This document shows, piece after piece, positions 9,321 to 19,818 of a DNA stretch of 32,000 nt. The notes under the pieces are model-generated. The model was not told the DNA's origin, did not search any database, and saw only the letters and a program-made list of their open reading frames with translations. Each line of letters begins with the position of its first letter. The first letter of the stretch is position 1. The stretch covers positions 3,015,829-3,047,828 of the forward strand of contig NZ_CP042911.1 in the NCBI RefSeq assembly GCF_008065095.1, read 5' to 3'. Source of the stretch: Gemmata obscuriglobus (GTDB lineage: Bacteria > Planctomycetota > Planctomycetia > Gemmatales > Gemmataceae). A program made the position numbers and the translations under genes.

Positions 9321-9740
9321 GGTGAGCCCGAAGCCATCAACCCGCGCACGATCGCAACGCTCGGCGAAATCGGGGTCCAGATCGAGCCGACGGGAAAGCA
9401 CGCGCCGCGCGGGAAGAAAGGGGCCGCGAACCCCGTCTACAGCGTGAGGTGGGGCAAGGGGCTCAAGACCCGGGAGTTCTCGAAGGTGTACTCCGATCCG
9501 CACAACCCGCAGCGCGATTGCGCCGCGATCCTCGTGTGTAGTGAGGCCGACACGGCGTGCCCGAAGGTGACCGGCGCCGCTGCCCGCATTCCGCTCCCGT
9601 ACCTCGATCCAAAGCTGTTCGACGGTGCACCGTTCGAGTCCGCAAAGTACGCCGAGCGGCGCGACGACATCGGCCGCCTGATGCTCAGCGTGTTCATGCA
9701 GCTGCGAAGGCACTTGGAGGTGGGATCCGGCGGAAAATGA
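9321..9740 (+). pseudogene. 5'-truncated arsenate reductase / low-MW phosphatase-like protein
   Basis: In-frame translation upstream of the 9444 ORF gives GEPEAINPRTIATLGEIGVQIEPTGKHAPRGKKGAANPVYSVRWGKGLKTREFSKVYSDPHNPQRDCAAILVCSEADTACPKVTGAAARIPLPYLDPKLFDGAPFESAKYAERRDDIGRLMLSVF; resembles the C-terminal two thirds of ars-linked phosphatase-like proteins. N-terminal C(X5)R loop is absent. Confidence 0.55.
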
Positions 9741-9927
9741 GTTCTCGCTTTGGGTTGGCCCCGTTCATCTCATTTGTCAGCCAACAACGCACATCCTTCG
9801 ACCACCGGCTACCTTCCAACGCCCCGTCATCCGCACCTCGCGCCGGAAGCCCCTACGAACCGATTCTTTTTCAACCCGCATTGCCCCCGCTTCGGCCGAG
9901 CCGTGGAATAAAAGCAGCCGAGTACTA

Positions 9928-9957
9928 TTGACACGAATACACGACTTCGTGTATTCG
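9928..9957 (+). promoter_or_regulatory. Probable ArsR operator/promoter: TTGACA-like box overlapping perfect palindrome CGAATACACGA-CT-TCGTGTATTCG (9934-9957)
   Basis: 11-bp perfect arms, 2-bp spacer, 18 bp upstream of arsR ATG. Confidence 0.75.
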
Positions 9958-9975
9958 TTAATCAGGGAGAGCGCG

Positions 9976-10398
9976 ATGAGCACCAAGAAGACCGCAAAAG
10001 TTCCGGAGCCGAAGGCTGACGAGTGCTGCGACACCCGACCGGAGCTGAAGGACCGGCCGCTGTTGTCGTTCGTCGAGGCGGTCAAGGTGATGGCGCTTTT
10101 TAAGGTGCTCGCCAACGACACCCGGCTCCGGCTCTTGCACCACATCGTGCGGAGCGGAGAGGCGACGGTGACGGACCTGGCGAAGACGCTCGGCATGAAG
10201 CCGCAAGCGGTTTCGAACCAGCTCACGCGGCTCTCGGATACGGGCATGATCCTGTCGCGCCGCGACGGGAACAACGTGTACTACCGGGTCGTGAACGTGT
10301 GCGTGGGACCGCTCCTGGATCTGGCCCTCTGTTTGATGGAAGACCCGGGAGCGAACTGCGCGGTGGAGAAGGATAACGATGAGCAAGACGATAACTGA
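9976..10398 (+). CDS. arsR: ArsR-family transcriptional repressor
   Basis: [20 protein letters not shown]...[68 protein letters not shown]; winged-helix ArsR signature; neighbours are ars genes. Confidence 0.9.
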   Translation: MSTKKTAKVPEPKADECCDTRPELKDRPLLSFVEAVKVMALFKVLANDTRLRLLHHIVRSGEATVTDLAKTLGMKPQAVSNQLTRLSDTGMILSRRDGNNVYYRVVNVCVGPLLDLALCLMEDPGANCAVEKDNDEQDDN

Positions 10399-11239
10399 TG
10401 CGGTACGGGACAAATACGCGGCGGTCGCAGCAAGCGACTTGAGCGGGACGCACAGTGGTGTCCACGCCGTGGCCGAGGCGTTCGGGTATTCGGCCGAGGA
10501 GCTCGCGAGCATCCCGGCGCAAGCCAACATGGGGCTGTCCTGCGGCAACCCGACCGCGACAGCGAACCTGCGCCCGGGTGAGGTCGTTGTTGATCTCGGC
10601 TCCGGCGGCGGGCTCGACGTGTTCCTCGCTTCGAAGAAGGTCGGGCCGACCGGGCGTGCGATCGGGATCGACATGACCCCGGAGATGGTCGCGCGTGCGA
10701 CCACTAACGCGCAGCGACAGGGCTTTTCGAACGTCGAGTTTCACCTGTCAACGATCAACCAGATGCCGCTCGACAGCGACTCGGCCGACTGCGTCATCTC
10801 GAACTGTGTGATCAACCTGGTTCCGGACAAGGCGGCCGTGTTCCGCGAAATCTTTCGAGTCCTCAAGCCCGGCGGGCGCGTGGCGATCTCGGACATCGCC
10901 CTGAAAAAACAACTGCCGCCCGAGGTCGGAAACGATCTGATGGCGTACATCGGGTGCGTGGCGGGGGCCATTCCGGTTGAGGAGTACGAGAGCGGTCTCA
11001 AAGCGGCCGGGTTCTCTACCGTTCAGATCGTGGACACGAAAAAAGACCTGAACGCGTACGCGAAGGTGGAAGGGCAGGCGGCGTGCTGCTCCCCGGCGAT
11101 GGACGAGGCGACGTCGTCCTGCTGCACCCCGCAGGCCCAGGGCACGGCGAGTGTGCACGGCGGCCTCTCGCACCTCACCGCCAAGTACGACATTAACGAG
11201 TTCGCAGCCAGCGTTCAGGTGTACGCGGTCAAGTCGTAG
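10379..11239 (+). CDS. arsM: Arsenite methyltransferase
   Basis: [68 protein letters not shown]...[10 protein letters not shown]; conserved cysteines; overlaps arsR by 20 bp. Confidence 0.93.
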   Translation: MSKTITDAVRDKYAAVAASDLSGTHSGVHAVAEAFGYSAEELASIPAQANMGLSCGNPTATANLRPGEVVVDLGSGGGLDVFLASKKVGPTGRAIGIDMTPEMVARATTNAQRQGFSNVEFHLSTINQMPLDSDSADCVISNCVINLVPDKAAVFREIFRVLKPGGRVAISDIALKKQLPPEVGNDLMAYIGCVAGAIPVEEYESGLKAAGFSTVQIVDTKKDLNAYAKVEGQAACCSPAMDEATSSCCTPQAQGTASVHGGLSHLTAKYDINEFAASVQVYAVKS

Positions 11240-11344
11240 CGGTACTCGCGCCATCGAATCACTGTGGTCCGCACGAACACGTGCCCGTGTGGCGCGATAG
11301 GAGCGTGCGCGCGAAACCAAGCATATTTTCAGGGAGACAGACAC

Positions 11345-11770
11345 ATGGGTGAGGGGAAGAAGCGGGTGCTGTTCGTCTGCGTGGAGAACGCCAACCGGAG
11401 CCAGATGGCGGAAGCGTTCGCGCGGATCCACGGCGGCGACGCTGTGGAAGCGTTCTCGGCGGGGAGCCGCCCTTCGGGGAAGGTGAACCCGCGCGCGATC
11501 CAGTTCATGAAAGAGCGCGGGTACGATCTCGCCGCGCACGGCTCAAAGGCGCTCGACGAGTTCAACGGACGGGCCATTGATGTGGCCGTGACGATGGGCT
11601 GCGGGGACGCGTGCCCCTTGGTCCTGGCTGACCGGCGCGAGGAGTGGCAGATCCCGGACCCGAAGGAGCTCCCAGATGACGAGTTCCGCAACATCCGCGA
11701 CCTCATCGAGGGCAAGGTCAAAACGATGCTCGAGGCGCTCGGTGTGCCGATAAAGGGAGGTGCGGCATGA
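11345..11770 (+). CDS. arsC: Arsenate reductase, low-MW phosphatase (thioredoxin-type) family
   Basis: VLFVCVENANRSQMAEAFARIHGG (C-X5-R loop), SAGSRPSGKVNPRAIQFMKERGYDL, DVAVTMGCGDACPL. Confidence 0.92.
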   Translation: MGEGKKRVLFVCVENANRSQMAEAFARIHGGDAVEAFSAGSRPSGKVNPRAIQFMKERGYDLAAHGSKALDEFNGRAIDVAVTMGCGDACPLVLADRREEWQIPDPKELPDDEFRNIRDLIEGKVKTMLEALGVPIKGGAA

Positions 11771-12861
11771 GCGCAAGTGCGACACAGACGCCGCCCGAGA
11801 CGGCGGCCCCGAAACGGATGAGCGTTTTCGAACGGTACCTGACGGTGTGGGTCGCGCTCTGCATGGCGCTCGGCGTGGCTATTGGGCGAACGCTCCCGGG
11901 GGCCACGCACGCGCTTCGCGGCCTCGAGTTCGGCTCCGGCAGCCCGATCAATGTGCCCATCGCACTGCTCATCTGGTTGATGATCGTGCCGATGATGATG
12001 AAGATCGATTTCGCGGCCGTCGCGGGCGTCACCCGCCGCCCAAAGGGGCTCGCGGTAACACTGCTCGTGAACTGGCTGGTCAAGCCGTTCGGCATGTTCG
12101 CGCTCGGGTGGGTGTTCTTCCAGGGCCTGTTCTTGCCGCTCATCGGAGATGAACTCGCGCGGCAGTACACGGCGGGCGTGGTCATCCTCGCGGCCGCCCC
12201 GTGCACGGCGATGGTGTTCGTGTGGAGCTACCTCACCGACGGGGACCCGGCGTACACGCTCGTGCAGGTCGCGGTCAACGACCTCATCATGCTGGTGCTG
12301 TTCGCGCCGATCGTGGGCTTCCTGGTCGGTGTTGCTGGGCTCGCGGTCCCCTTTAACGTCATCCTGCTCTCGGTGGGCGTGTTCATCGTTGTGCCGCTGA
12401 CCGTTGGGGTGCTGCTTCGCACGGTGCTCGTACGTGCAAAAGGACGGCACTGGTTCGAGCACGGCTTTTTGCCGAGGTTCCAGCCGGCCGCGATCGGTGC
12501 GCTGCTCGGAACGCTCGTGCTCATCTTCGCGTTCCAGGCGGACAACATCCTGTCGAACCCGCTGCACGTCGCGCTCATCGCGGTCCCGATCCTGATCCAG
12601 GTCTACTTCAACGCTTCGCTGACCTTTGGGCTGATGTGGCTCGTGCGGGTGCCCCACAACGTTGCGGCACCGGGGGCTCTCATCGGGTCGAGTAACTTCT
12701 TCGAGCTGGCCGTGGCCACCGCGATCGCCTTGTACGGCCCCGAATCGGGAGCCGCGCTTGCGACCGTCGTGGGCGTACTGGTGGAAGTGCCGGTGATGCT
12801 CAACGTGTGTGCGATGTGCAACCGGAGCCGCAGCTGGTTCGATTCGAGAAGTATCGCCTGA
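11767..12861 (+). CDS. acr3: ACR3-family arsenite efflux permease
   Basis: Ten-TM-like protein; LIWLMIVPMMMKIDFAAV, PFGMFALGWVFF, AAPCTAMVFVWSYLTDGDPAYTLVQVAVNDLIMLVLFAPIV, FGLMWLVRVPHNVAAPGALIGSSNFFELAVATAI; 4-bp overlap with arsC. Confidence 0.93.
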   Translation: MSASATQTPPETAAPKRMSVFERYLTVWVALCMALGVAIGRTLPGATHALRGLEFGSGSPINVPIALLIWLMIVPMMMKIDFAAVAGVTRRPKGLAVTLLVNWLVKPFGMFALGWVFFQGLFLPLIGDELARQYTAGVVILAAAPCTAMVFVWSYLTDGDPAYTLVQVAVNDLIMLVLFAPIVGFLVGVAGLAVPFNVILLSVGVFIVVPLTVGVLLRTVLVRAKGRHWFEHGFLPRFQPAAIGALLGTLVLIFAFQADNILSNPLHVALIAVPILIQVYFNASLTFGLMWLVRVPHNVAAPGALIGSSNFFELAVATAIALYGPESGAALATVVGVLVEVPVMLNVCAMCNRSRSWFDSRSIA

Positions 12862-13006
12862 CAACTATTCGAGAAACGACGGCTGCGACGGAAATCGACG
12901 TCTCGCCCGAGGCGCAGATTTCACCGCGACTCGCTAACAATAAGCTCTGACCCCGTCCGGCGCGAGCGGCCAAGGTGCTCCCGTCGAACCCGTCACGGAG
13001 ATCGCA

Positions 13007-14329
13007 ATGAATCTGCGCACCCTGTTCGTCGCGGCGTCCGCTGCGCTCGGCACCGCCTCACTCGCGAGCGGCGACGACTGGCCCCAGTGGATGGGACCCA
13101 AGCGCGACAACGTGTGGCGCGAAACGGGCATCCTCGAGAAGTTCCCAGCGGGCGGGCCGAAGGTCGTTTGGCGCGCTCCCGTCGCCGCCGGGTACAGCGG
13201 CCCGGCCGTCGCGAACGGCAAGGTGTACGTTACCGACCGCGAACTCGCGAAGGGGGCCGCGAACCCGGCCGACCCGTTCGACACGGAGAAAAAGGTCGCC
13301 AGCACCGAGCGGGTGCTGTGCCTCGACGAAAAGACCGGCAAGGAACTGTGGAAACACGAGTACCCGTGTGCGTACCAGATCAGCTACCCCGCCGGTCCCC
13401 GGTGCACGCCGCTGGTGAGCGACGGGAAGGTGTACGCGCTCGGCGCGATGGGCGACCTCCGCTGTCTCGAAGCAGACTCCGGCAAGCTCGTGTGGCAGGT
13501 CGACTTCAAAGAGGCATACAAGGCCAAGCCCGCGATCTGGGGCTACGCCGCGCACCCGATCCTCGACGGCAAGAAGCTGATCACGGTGGTGGGCGGTGAG
13601 GGCGCCCACGTCGTCGCGTTCGACAAGGACACGGGTAAGGAACTGTGGAAGGCCGGCGACGACAAAGAGATCGGGTACGCCCCGCCGCTGATCACCGAGG
13701 CCGCCGGTGTGCGGCAGATGATCGTTGCGGCGCCCAAGTCCGTTTACGCGGTCGACCCGGACACCGGCAAACAGTTGTGGACCACGCCGTACAACGCGAC
13801 CAGCACCTCCATCATCATGACCCCGGTGCGAAGCGGCGAGTACGTGTACGTGGGCGGCTACTCGACCAAAAACCTGATGCTCGAGTTGAACGCGGACAAG
13901 CCCGGCGTCGAGGTGCTGTTCAAAGACAAGAAGGGCTCGGGGCTCTCGCCGGTGAACGTGCAGCCGTTCGTGCAGGACGGCATCATCTACGGGCACGACG
14001 AGGGCGGGGCGCTCAGGGCCGTTGAAATTCCCAGTGGGAAGCGCCTCTGGGACTCCCCCGGTCCGCTCGCCGGTGACCCCAAGGGGTCCGACACGTCGTT
14101 CATCGTGAAGAACGGCGACCGATTCTTCTTCTTCAACGAGAGTGGGGAGTTGGTGATCGGGAAGCTCACCGCAAAAGAGTACGAAGAAGTTGACCGCGCA
14201 AAGGTGATCGAGCAAACCGGTGCCGCGTTCGGTCGCAAGGTCGTCTGGTGTGCCCCGGCCTATGCCGACAAGAAGATGTTCGTCCGCAACGATAAGGAAA
14301 TCATCTGCGTGGACCTCGCGGCGAAATAG
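13007..14329 (+). CDS. PQQ-like beta-propeller repeat protein (secreted)
   Basis: Signal-peptide-like start; DWPQWMGPKRDNVWRETGILEKFPAGGPKVVWRAPVAAGYSGPAVANGKVYVTDR; repeated LDEKTGKELWK, VDPDTGKQLW motifs. Confidence 0.9.
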   Translation: MNLRTLFVAASAALGTASLASGDDWPQWMGPKRDNVWRETGILEKFPAGGPKVVWRAPVAAGYSGPAVANGKVYVTDRELAKGAANPADPFDTEKKVASTERVLCLDEKTGKELWKHEYPCAYQISYPAGPRCTPLVSDGKVYALGAMGDLRCLEADSGKLVWQVDFKEAYKAKPAIWGYAAHPILDGKKLITVVGGEGAHVVAFDKDTGKELWKAGDDKEIGYAPPLITEAAGVRQMIVAAPKSVYAVDPDTGKQLWTTPYNATSTSIIMTPVRSGEYVYVGGYSTKNLMLELNADKPGVEVLFKDKKGSGLSPVNVQPFVQDGIIYGHDEGGALRAVEIPSGKRLWDSPGPLAGDPKGSDTSFIVKNGDRFFFFNESGELVIGKLTAKEYEEVDRAKVIEQTGAAFGRKVVWCAPAYADKKMFVRNDKEIICVDLAAK

Positions 14330-14369
14330 TTTCGGCCGCGCTCGTGGAGCTACTGAGAATGTCGAACGG

Positions 14370-14397
14370 CGGGCGGGCATCGAGCCCGCCCGTTTTT
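14370..14397 (+). terminator. Rho-independent terminator
   Basis: CGGGCGGGC-ATCGA-GCCCGCCCG-TTTTT; 9-bp perfect GC stem, 5-nt loop, T-tract, ~40 bp after the PQQ gene stop. Confidence 0.85.
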
Positions 14398-14465
14398 AAT
14401 TGACCAGCGGACGCGCTGACCTTTTCGAAGCTCGGCACGGAATGAAGTCTCGCATGTTAAGCGAG

Positions 14466-15174
<709 letters not shown>

Positions 15175-15386
15175 ATAAGTAGCGGTTATACAAAATGCAA
15201 CACATTTCGCTACACGACCCCGGCCGATCCGCAGCGCTGAGGCCTCTAGGGCCACCACTTTTTAACCTCCGATAATAGATGCTTATCGGAGGTTAGGGGA
15301 CTTCGAGCGACTCTTAAGCTCGAAAAAGCAGTGTCATTTAAAAGGGATGGTTACGCGAATCGAAACAAACGCCGTTCCATTTTTAG

Positions 15387-18080
15387 TCATGAAATCGTCG
15401 TTTCGGTCAACGTTTCTACTCGTACCGACGTGACATTTTTGATTGGCGTGTACAGATCTGCTTCCACATTTTCCGTCAGTAGGGTTACGACGAGACTGTA
15501 TTGCGCCTTCTGAAGCAGCCGCCCGAGATGGGCCCGTTCGCGCCACCAGCCCGTCACTGGATAAATGGCTATCGAGCCACACGCGGCGAGTTCGGCCGCT
15601 GAGCCTTCCCACCAATCACTGTGAACCGAACCGTGGGTTCGGCCCTTGTCGCCGACGACCCAGTTGCGCGTTTCCGACTGCGACTTCGGCCTCACCTTCT
15701 CGTCTTCCCACTGTGTCTTCGAAATGCGCTGTTTGAATTCCGCAACGCTCTCGAGTGGCCGAATGACGTCAAAGCGTAACCCGTGTGATGCGTACCGGTG
15801 ATTGGCTCCCCACCCGACACTGCCCGGGCTCGGCTCCACAAAATAAGACAATGTCACGCGCATGGTAACGGGCACTTCCCCGAGCTTTTCCAGCTCTTCT
15901 CGCGGCCACGGCAGCGCGTGAAGGTGCATCTCGTTTGTCGCGGGCTTCTTCTTCTCCGAATCGAACTTAAACGGCTGAAGTGCCCCTTCGTGTATCAGCG
16001 TGGCGCAATTTTTCAGACTGTACACCGCCCGGTCGAGGTCCGGAACGCCGTACCCGTAGCAGCGAAGACATCTTTGGACGTTGGCCTTGTTTTCGAGGCC
16101 GAAGCGCCCGGTCATCGCACGGGTCCATTGGGCCGAGTGAACCAACAGGGCGCGGACGGTTTCGGGGCGCAGCTTCGGGTAGTGGCTCCACAACTGGGCC
16201 GCCATCCGTGCGGCCAGTGCCGTCGCCGGGCTCGTGTCGCGCGTCGTGTCGAACAGCCGCCCGCTTGGGTGCAGCATGGTCGTCAGCAGCGACAGGTCCT
16301 CGACGCTCGAGCGCGACCCGCCGTGGGCCCCGTAATTCCCGCCCTCGCACACGATGTCCGGTTTGATCGGCCAGCCCGGGTGGTGATCCTCGGGCCAGGC
16401 AAGTGAGGTGCGGCTCGTCGGGCACAGGTCACCAGCTTCGGCTATGGGCTCGTAGCCGGCGTACGTCGGATCCTGGATCGTCACCTTGTTCGTGAACGCC
16501 CCGACGGTGATCGCGTTCCAGGACTGGGCCGGGTCCTCGATCCCCGCGCAAGTTGTGTTCCACCGGTGGTACTCATATTCAGGCGAATAGAGTTCCGCAC
16601 GCACGTTCCCGGCCGAAATGAACATGAGCTTGGGCGTCTCGTCGAGAACGCCCGCGCAGATTTCGTCAACGGCCCCGGACCACGAGGAGGGCAACCCCTG
16701 CGGCGTCGCGCTCGCCGTCACGGCCATACAGATCGCTCGGTTCCGATCGGGCCGCCTCATCATCGCCAGGGACACGCCCTGTTGGGTCACCGCGCCGTAC
16801 ACCTCCGGAGCGTTTTCGCTCGGGGGCGGCGGAAGGATCTTCACCGACTCGAGCCGGTGGCGCAGCCGAATCACCTCATTGGTGCCCAACACCTCGGTCA
16901 GGCACCCGAATAACGCGATGCCGGCCATACCGGTTCCGTGCTGCTCCTGATCGTGATCGTGCGCTCCCCAGCTCTCATCAACACTCTGGGCGTCCGATTC
17001 GGCCAGTGCTTGCTCAAGAAGCGGATGCCCGCGATGAACACCACGATCCAAGATGCAAACGCTGGGCGCCTCGTTCCCAGCGGCGACTACATTCTTGAGC
17101 ATCGCGGCGGCAAACTGGGCTTGGTCGCGAGCCGGCAACTCGAGGTAGGGGCCGGCGAGTTCCCTCGCCTTTCTGAGCTCTGCCATGAGGCTCAGTAGCT
17201 CCAAGGACCGGGAGAACTGGGCCGCACTACCGTACGCCAAGAGCACGACCCGCTCGGGAAACCTCACGTAACGCGTGGTGGTGCGGATCCCGAGGGCACT
17301 GGTCAAAGAACGAAACCGCGCGACAACGGATTCGGCTTGCGGGCGAAGCGCGTGCAACCACACCTCCCACCACCGTTCCTCAGCCTCGTCGGGGAACTCT
17401 TCCTTCTCGGCCCAAAAATCGCGGACGAGGGCCAGCCGCACCCTGGCAATGCTCGCGACGAGCGGAGTGTTCTTTCGCACCTGCTTCGAGACCGTGGCCC
17501 GTTCACCGAGCGCGGTGATGATGCGGTCGCTTTCGCTGACCGGGCAAGTGATCGATGCGGGGAGTTTTCCGTCCGACGGTTCCTTGATGCTGACTGAAAC
17601 CTTTCGCTTTTTGTCAACCAGCCCTTCTAGTGTCGCGCGCATGCTCTCGTCGGCGCTGATGGTGAGCACCGTTCGGGTCGCGTACGTCTCGACGAGCTTA
17701 AAGAAGTGCTCGAGTTTCCCATCGGCGACAAAGACTTGTGCCGTCTCGACGCCGTCGCGCGGGAGGACGCTTCGCAACTCGATCCCGTCTCTAACCTTTT
17801 CGAGCCCTTTGAGGTTCAGCTCCTCTCCTTTATCACTCTCGAACGTCAGCACCAGTCCGCCGGGCTCGTGTGTGAGCACATCGAGCCCCGACCCGCGCTC
17901 GCGGACGCGGATCTCTGCGGCCTGATCTCGAGCGGCGGCGAACCCGTTTTTCAGCTCGGGGGCGTGCGTTGTGGGGTTACGGGCCGGGGTTTTAAAAGAA
18001 CCGCCCCCGCCCGTGTTGGTTGAGGTGTAAGAAATCGGTTCGGCATTCTGAACGAGACGTAGGTGGGGCAGCTTACTCAT
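15387..18080 (-). CDS. ietS: Subtilisin-like (S8) serine protease, IetS-like
   Basis: CILDRGVHRGHPLLEQ (Asp), DHDQEQHGTGMAGIALFG (His), FDTTRDTSPATALAARMAAQLW (Ser). Overlaps upstream AAA-ATPase gene by 8 bp, the known ietAS layout. Confidence 0.85.
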   Translation of the reverse strand: MSKLPHLRLVQNAEPISYTSTNTGGGGSFKTPARNPTTHAPELKNGFAAARDQAAEIRVRERGSGLDVLTHEPGGLVLTFESDKGEELNLKGLEKVRDGIELRSVLPRDGVETAQVFVADGKLEHFFKLVETYATRTVLTISADESMRATLEGLVDKKRKVSVSIKEPSDGKLPASITCPVSESDRIITALGERATVSKQVRKNTPLVASIARVRLALVRDFWAEKEEFPDEAEERWWEVWLHALRPQAESVVARFRSLTSALGIRTTTRYVRFPERVVLLAYGSAAQFSRSLELLSLMAELRKARELAGPYLELPARDQAQFAAAMLKNVVAAGNEAPSVCILDRGVHRGHPLLEQALAESDAQSVDESWGAHDHDQEQHGTGMAGIALFGCLTEVLGTNEVIRLRHRLESVKILPPPPSENAPEVYGAVTQQGVSLAMMRRPDRNRAICMAVTASATPQGLPSSWSGAVDEICAGVLDETPKLMFISAGNVRAELYSPEYEYHRWNTTCAGIEDPAQSWNAITVGAFTNKVTIQDPTYAGYEPIAEAGDLCPTSRTSLAWPEDHHPGWPIKPDIVCEGGNYGAHGGSRSSVEDLSLLTTMLHPSGRLFDTTRDTSPATALAARMAAQLWSHYPKLRPETVRALLVHSAQWTRAMTGRFGLENKANVQRCLRCYGYGVPDLDRAVYSLKNCATLIHEGALQPFKFDSEKKKPATNEMHLHALPWPREELEKLGEVPVTMRVTLSYFVEPSPGSVGWGANHRYASHGLRFDVIRPLESVAEFKQRISKTQWEDEKVRPKSQSETRNWVVGDKGRTHGSVHSDWWEGSAAELAACGSIAIYPVTGWWRERAHLGRLLQKAQYSLVVTLLTENVEADLYTPIKNVTSVRVETLTETTIS

Positions 18081-19086
18081 TCGGGCGACGCTTCCTTCCC
18101 CTCTTCTTCTTCTCGGCGCGCATCGAGCGACGCGCCGCCATTGCTTCGACCAGCAGCGGCCCGGCTACAGTGGTCACGTCAGCCAAGACCGCGGCCCGCG
18201 CGGCGTCCTCAGCGGCTCGCGCCACTTCAGCGTGGCAAAGGCCACGGGCGGCGGCAGTAATGGCCGGCCAGCGCACTTCGGACAGTGTAAACGAACTGAG
18301 TCGATTCTCAATGAGCATCCGCACCGCACCGGTGTCAGGGAGCTCGTACTCGATGACGTCGTCGAAGCGCCGAAACAGTGCGTCGTCGAGCATGCCGATG
18401 AAGTTCGTCGCCGCCACGACGATGCTGTCCGAGTCGTCGCGCTCCATGAACTGCAGAAACGAGTTGAGCACGCGACGGATCTCGCCGACGTCGTTGGACG
18501 CGTTGCGGGTGGCGCCGATCGCGTCGAACTCGTCGAACAGGTACACGCCACGGGTCTCGGCCATCGCATCGAACACGATGTGCAGTTTGGCGGCCGTCTC
18601 GCCCATGAACTTCGTTATCAGGGCGTGGAGTTGCACGAACATTAGCGGCAGCTGGCACTCTCCAGCAAGCGCCGCTGCGGTCATCGTTTTGCCGCACCCC
18701 GGGGGGCCGACCAAGAGAAGTTTTCGCCTCGGGGCCAGGCCGTGCGAGCGCAACCGCTCCCGCTGGCGCTGTTGATGGACGATGTCTTGGAGCTGCTGCT
18801 GGATGCGGCCGGGCAGCACCATGTCACTGAGCCGCGTGTTCGGGTACGAAGCGCTTACCAGGCCTGCGAGCTCTCCCGAAGGGCGCGCGATCGGGACCGC
18901 CCGGGGCGTACCCGCAGCCGCTTGCCGCCGGCTCTCTTCGACGAGCCCCCGTAACTCTTCGGCTAGGCGTGGGTTACCGTGCTTCGCGTTGTGGGCTGCG
19001 ATCTGAAGCGTAACGGCCCGGAACTGCTCATCGTTACGAGCAGAATGACTTCGAATCAGGGCTTTGAGCTGCTCAGCGGTCGCCAC
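18073..19086 (-). CDS. ietA: AAA-family ATPase, IetA-like
   Basis: KLLLVGPPGCGKTMTAAALAGE (Walker A), GVYLFDEFDAIG (Walker B), VVAATNFIGMLDDALFRRFDDVIEYELP (sensor/Arg finger). Confidence 0.87.
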   Translation of the reverse strand: MATAEQLKALIRSHSARNDEQFRAVTLQIAAHNAKHGNPRLAEELRGLVEESRRQAAAGTPRAVPIARPSGELAGLVSASYPNTRLSDMVLPGRIQQQLQDIVHQQRQRERLRSHGLAPRRKLLLVGPPGCGKTMTAAALAGECQLPLMFVQLHALITKFMGETAAKLHIVFDAMAETRGVYLFDEFDAIGATRNASNDVGEIRRVLNSFLQFMERDDSDSIVVAATNFIGMLDDALFRRFDDVIEYELPDTGAVRMLIENRLSSFTLSEVRWPAITAAARGLCHAEVARAAEDAARAAVLADVTTVAGPLLVEAMAARRSMRAEKKKRGRKRRPNE

Positions 19087-19818
19087 AACATGTTCCTTTT
19101 TCGAGACACAACCGTCTCGAACACTCCTCTTCTAACCGAGTTTACACTACTGACGAAAGCCCATCTATGCTCGTAATCCGCCAGCCTCGGAGTGGTCCGC
19201 GATGCGAGATGGTGCGCCTTTCGGACTTGCTCTCGATTTCAGTCGTGAGGTGGCCCACCCCGGCCCGTCCCTCACCATGATGCGCCCCAAATGAGTTCGG
19301 CGCGACACCTTAATCGCAGCGGTCGAGGTGGCAGAGTGGGACCGCATGCGCTGGCCAGTTCCCCAGGTACTGGAAACTCTGGGAAACGAGTCCATCTCCC
19401 CGATTCATCGCATCAGCGTGGCGGCTTCGGCGATCCGTGCGTTGTGGCGGCGCGATCTCCCGCGCCACGCACGCCAAGCGTTCCTGTTTGGCGTCCTGGG
19501 GTGGGGATCTTTGCCCGATCGACCGTGCCAGCAAATCACGATACCCGTCAAAGCTGACTGAAAGCTCAAACTCATCATGCACCTCGTCCGTCGCAGCGCG
19601 AATTTGGCGTTTCGGCTATTCAGGCGTGACGATGCAACGCAGAAATGTGATTTGATGGTCAGTAACGGGGCGAATCAATGCCACCCCGCTGAATTCTCGC
19701 AAAAACGTTACAACCGGGACTCGCAACCAGTTTGTCGACTTGCTTTCAGTCTCGAAGACGAAAATTTGCCCTCTGCTAGCTGTGGAATTCCGTATAGTCG
19801 AGTGGTGGTTTTACATTC

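Noticed and set aside
9240-9713. 157-aa minus-strand ORF as one gene
   Set aside because: Most is antisense to the arsenate-reductase-like remnant; only the last ~25 residues (DALFCVSSETGKTSW...) are meaningful as PQQ-propeller debris.
9928-9975. Upstream TTG start for arsR in the ORF track
   Set aside because: It lies in the TTGACA/palindrome operator; ATG 9976 has a GGGAGA ribosome site.
13058-14380. 440-aa minus-strand ORF
   Set aside because: Complete shadow of the PQQ-like gene, a GC-skewed third-position artefact.
19087-19818. Small ORFs between ietA and the helicase (e.g. 19328..19561 +, 19310..19582 -)
   Set aside because: Overlapping on both strands with no recognisable motif or clear ribosome site; left as unannotated intergenic sequence.
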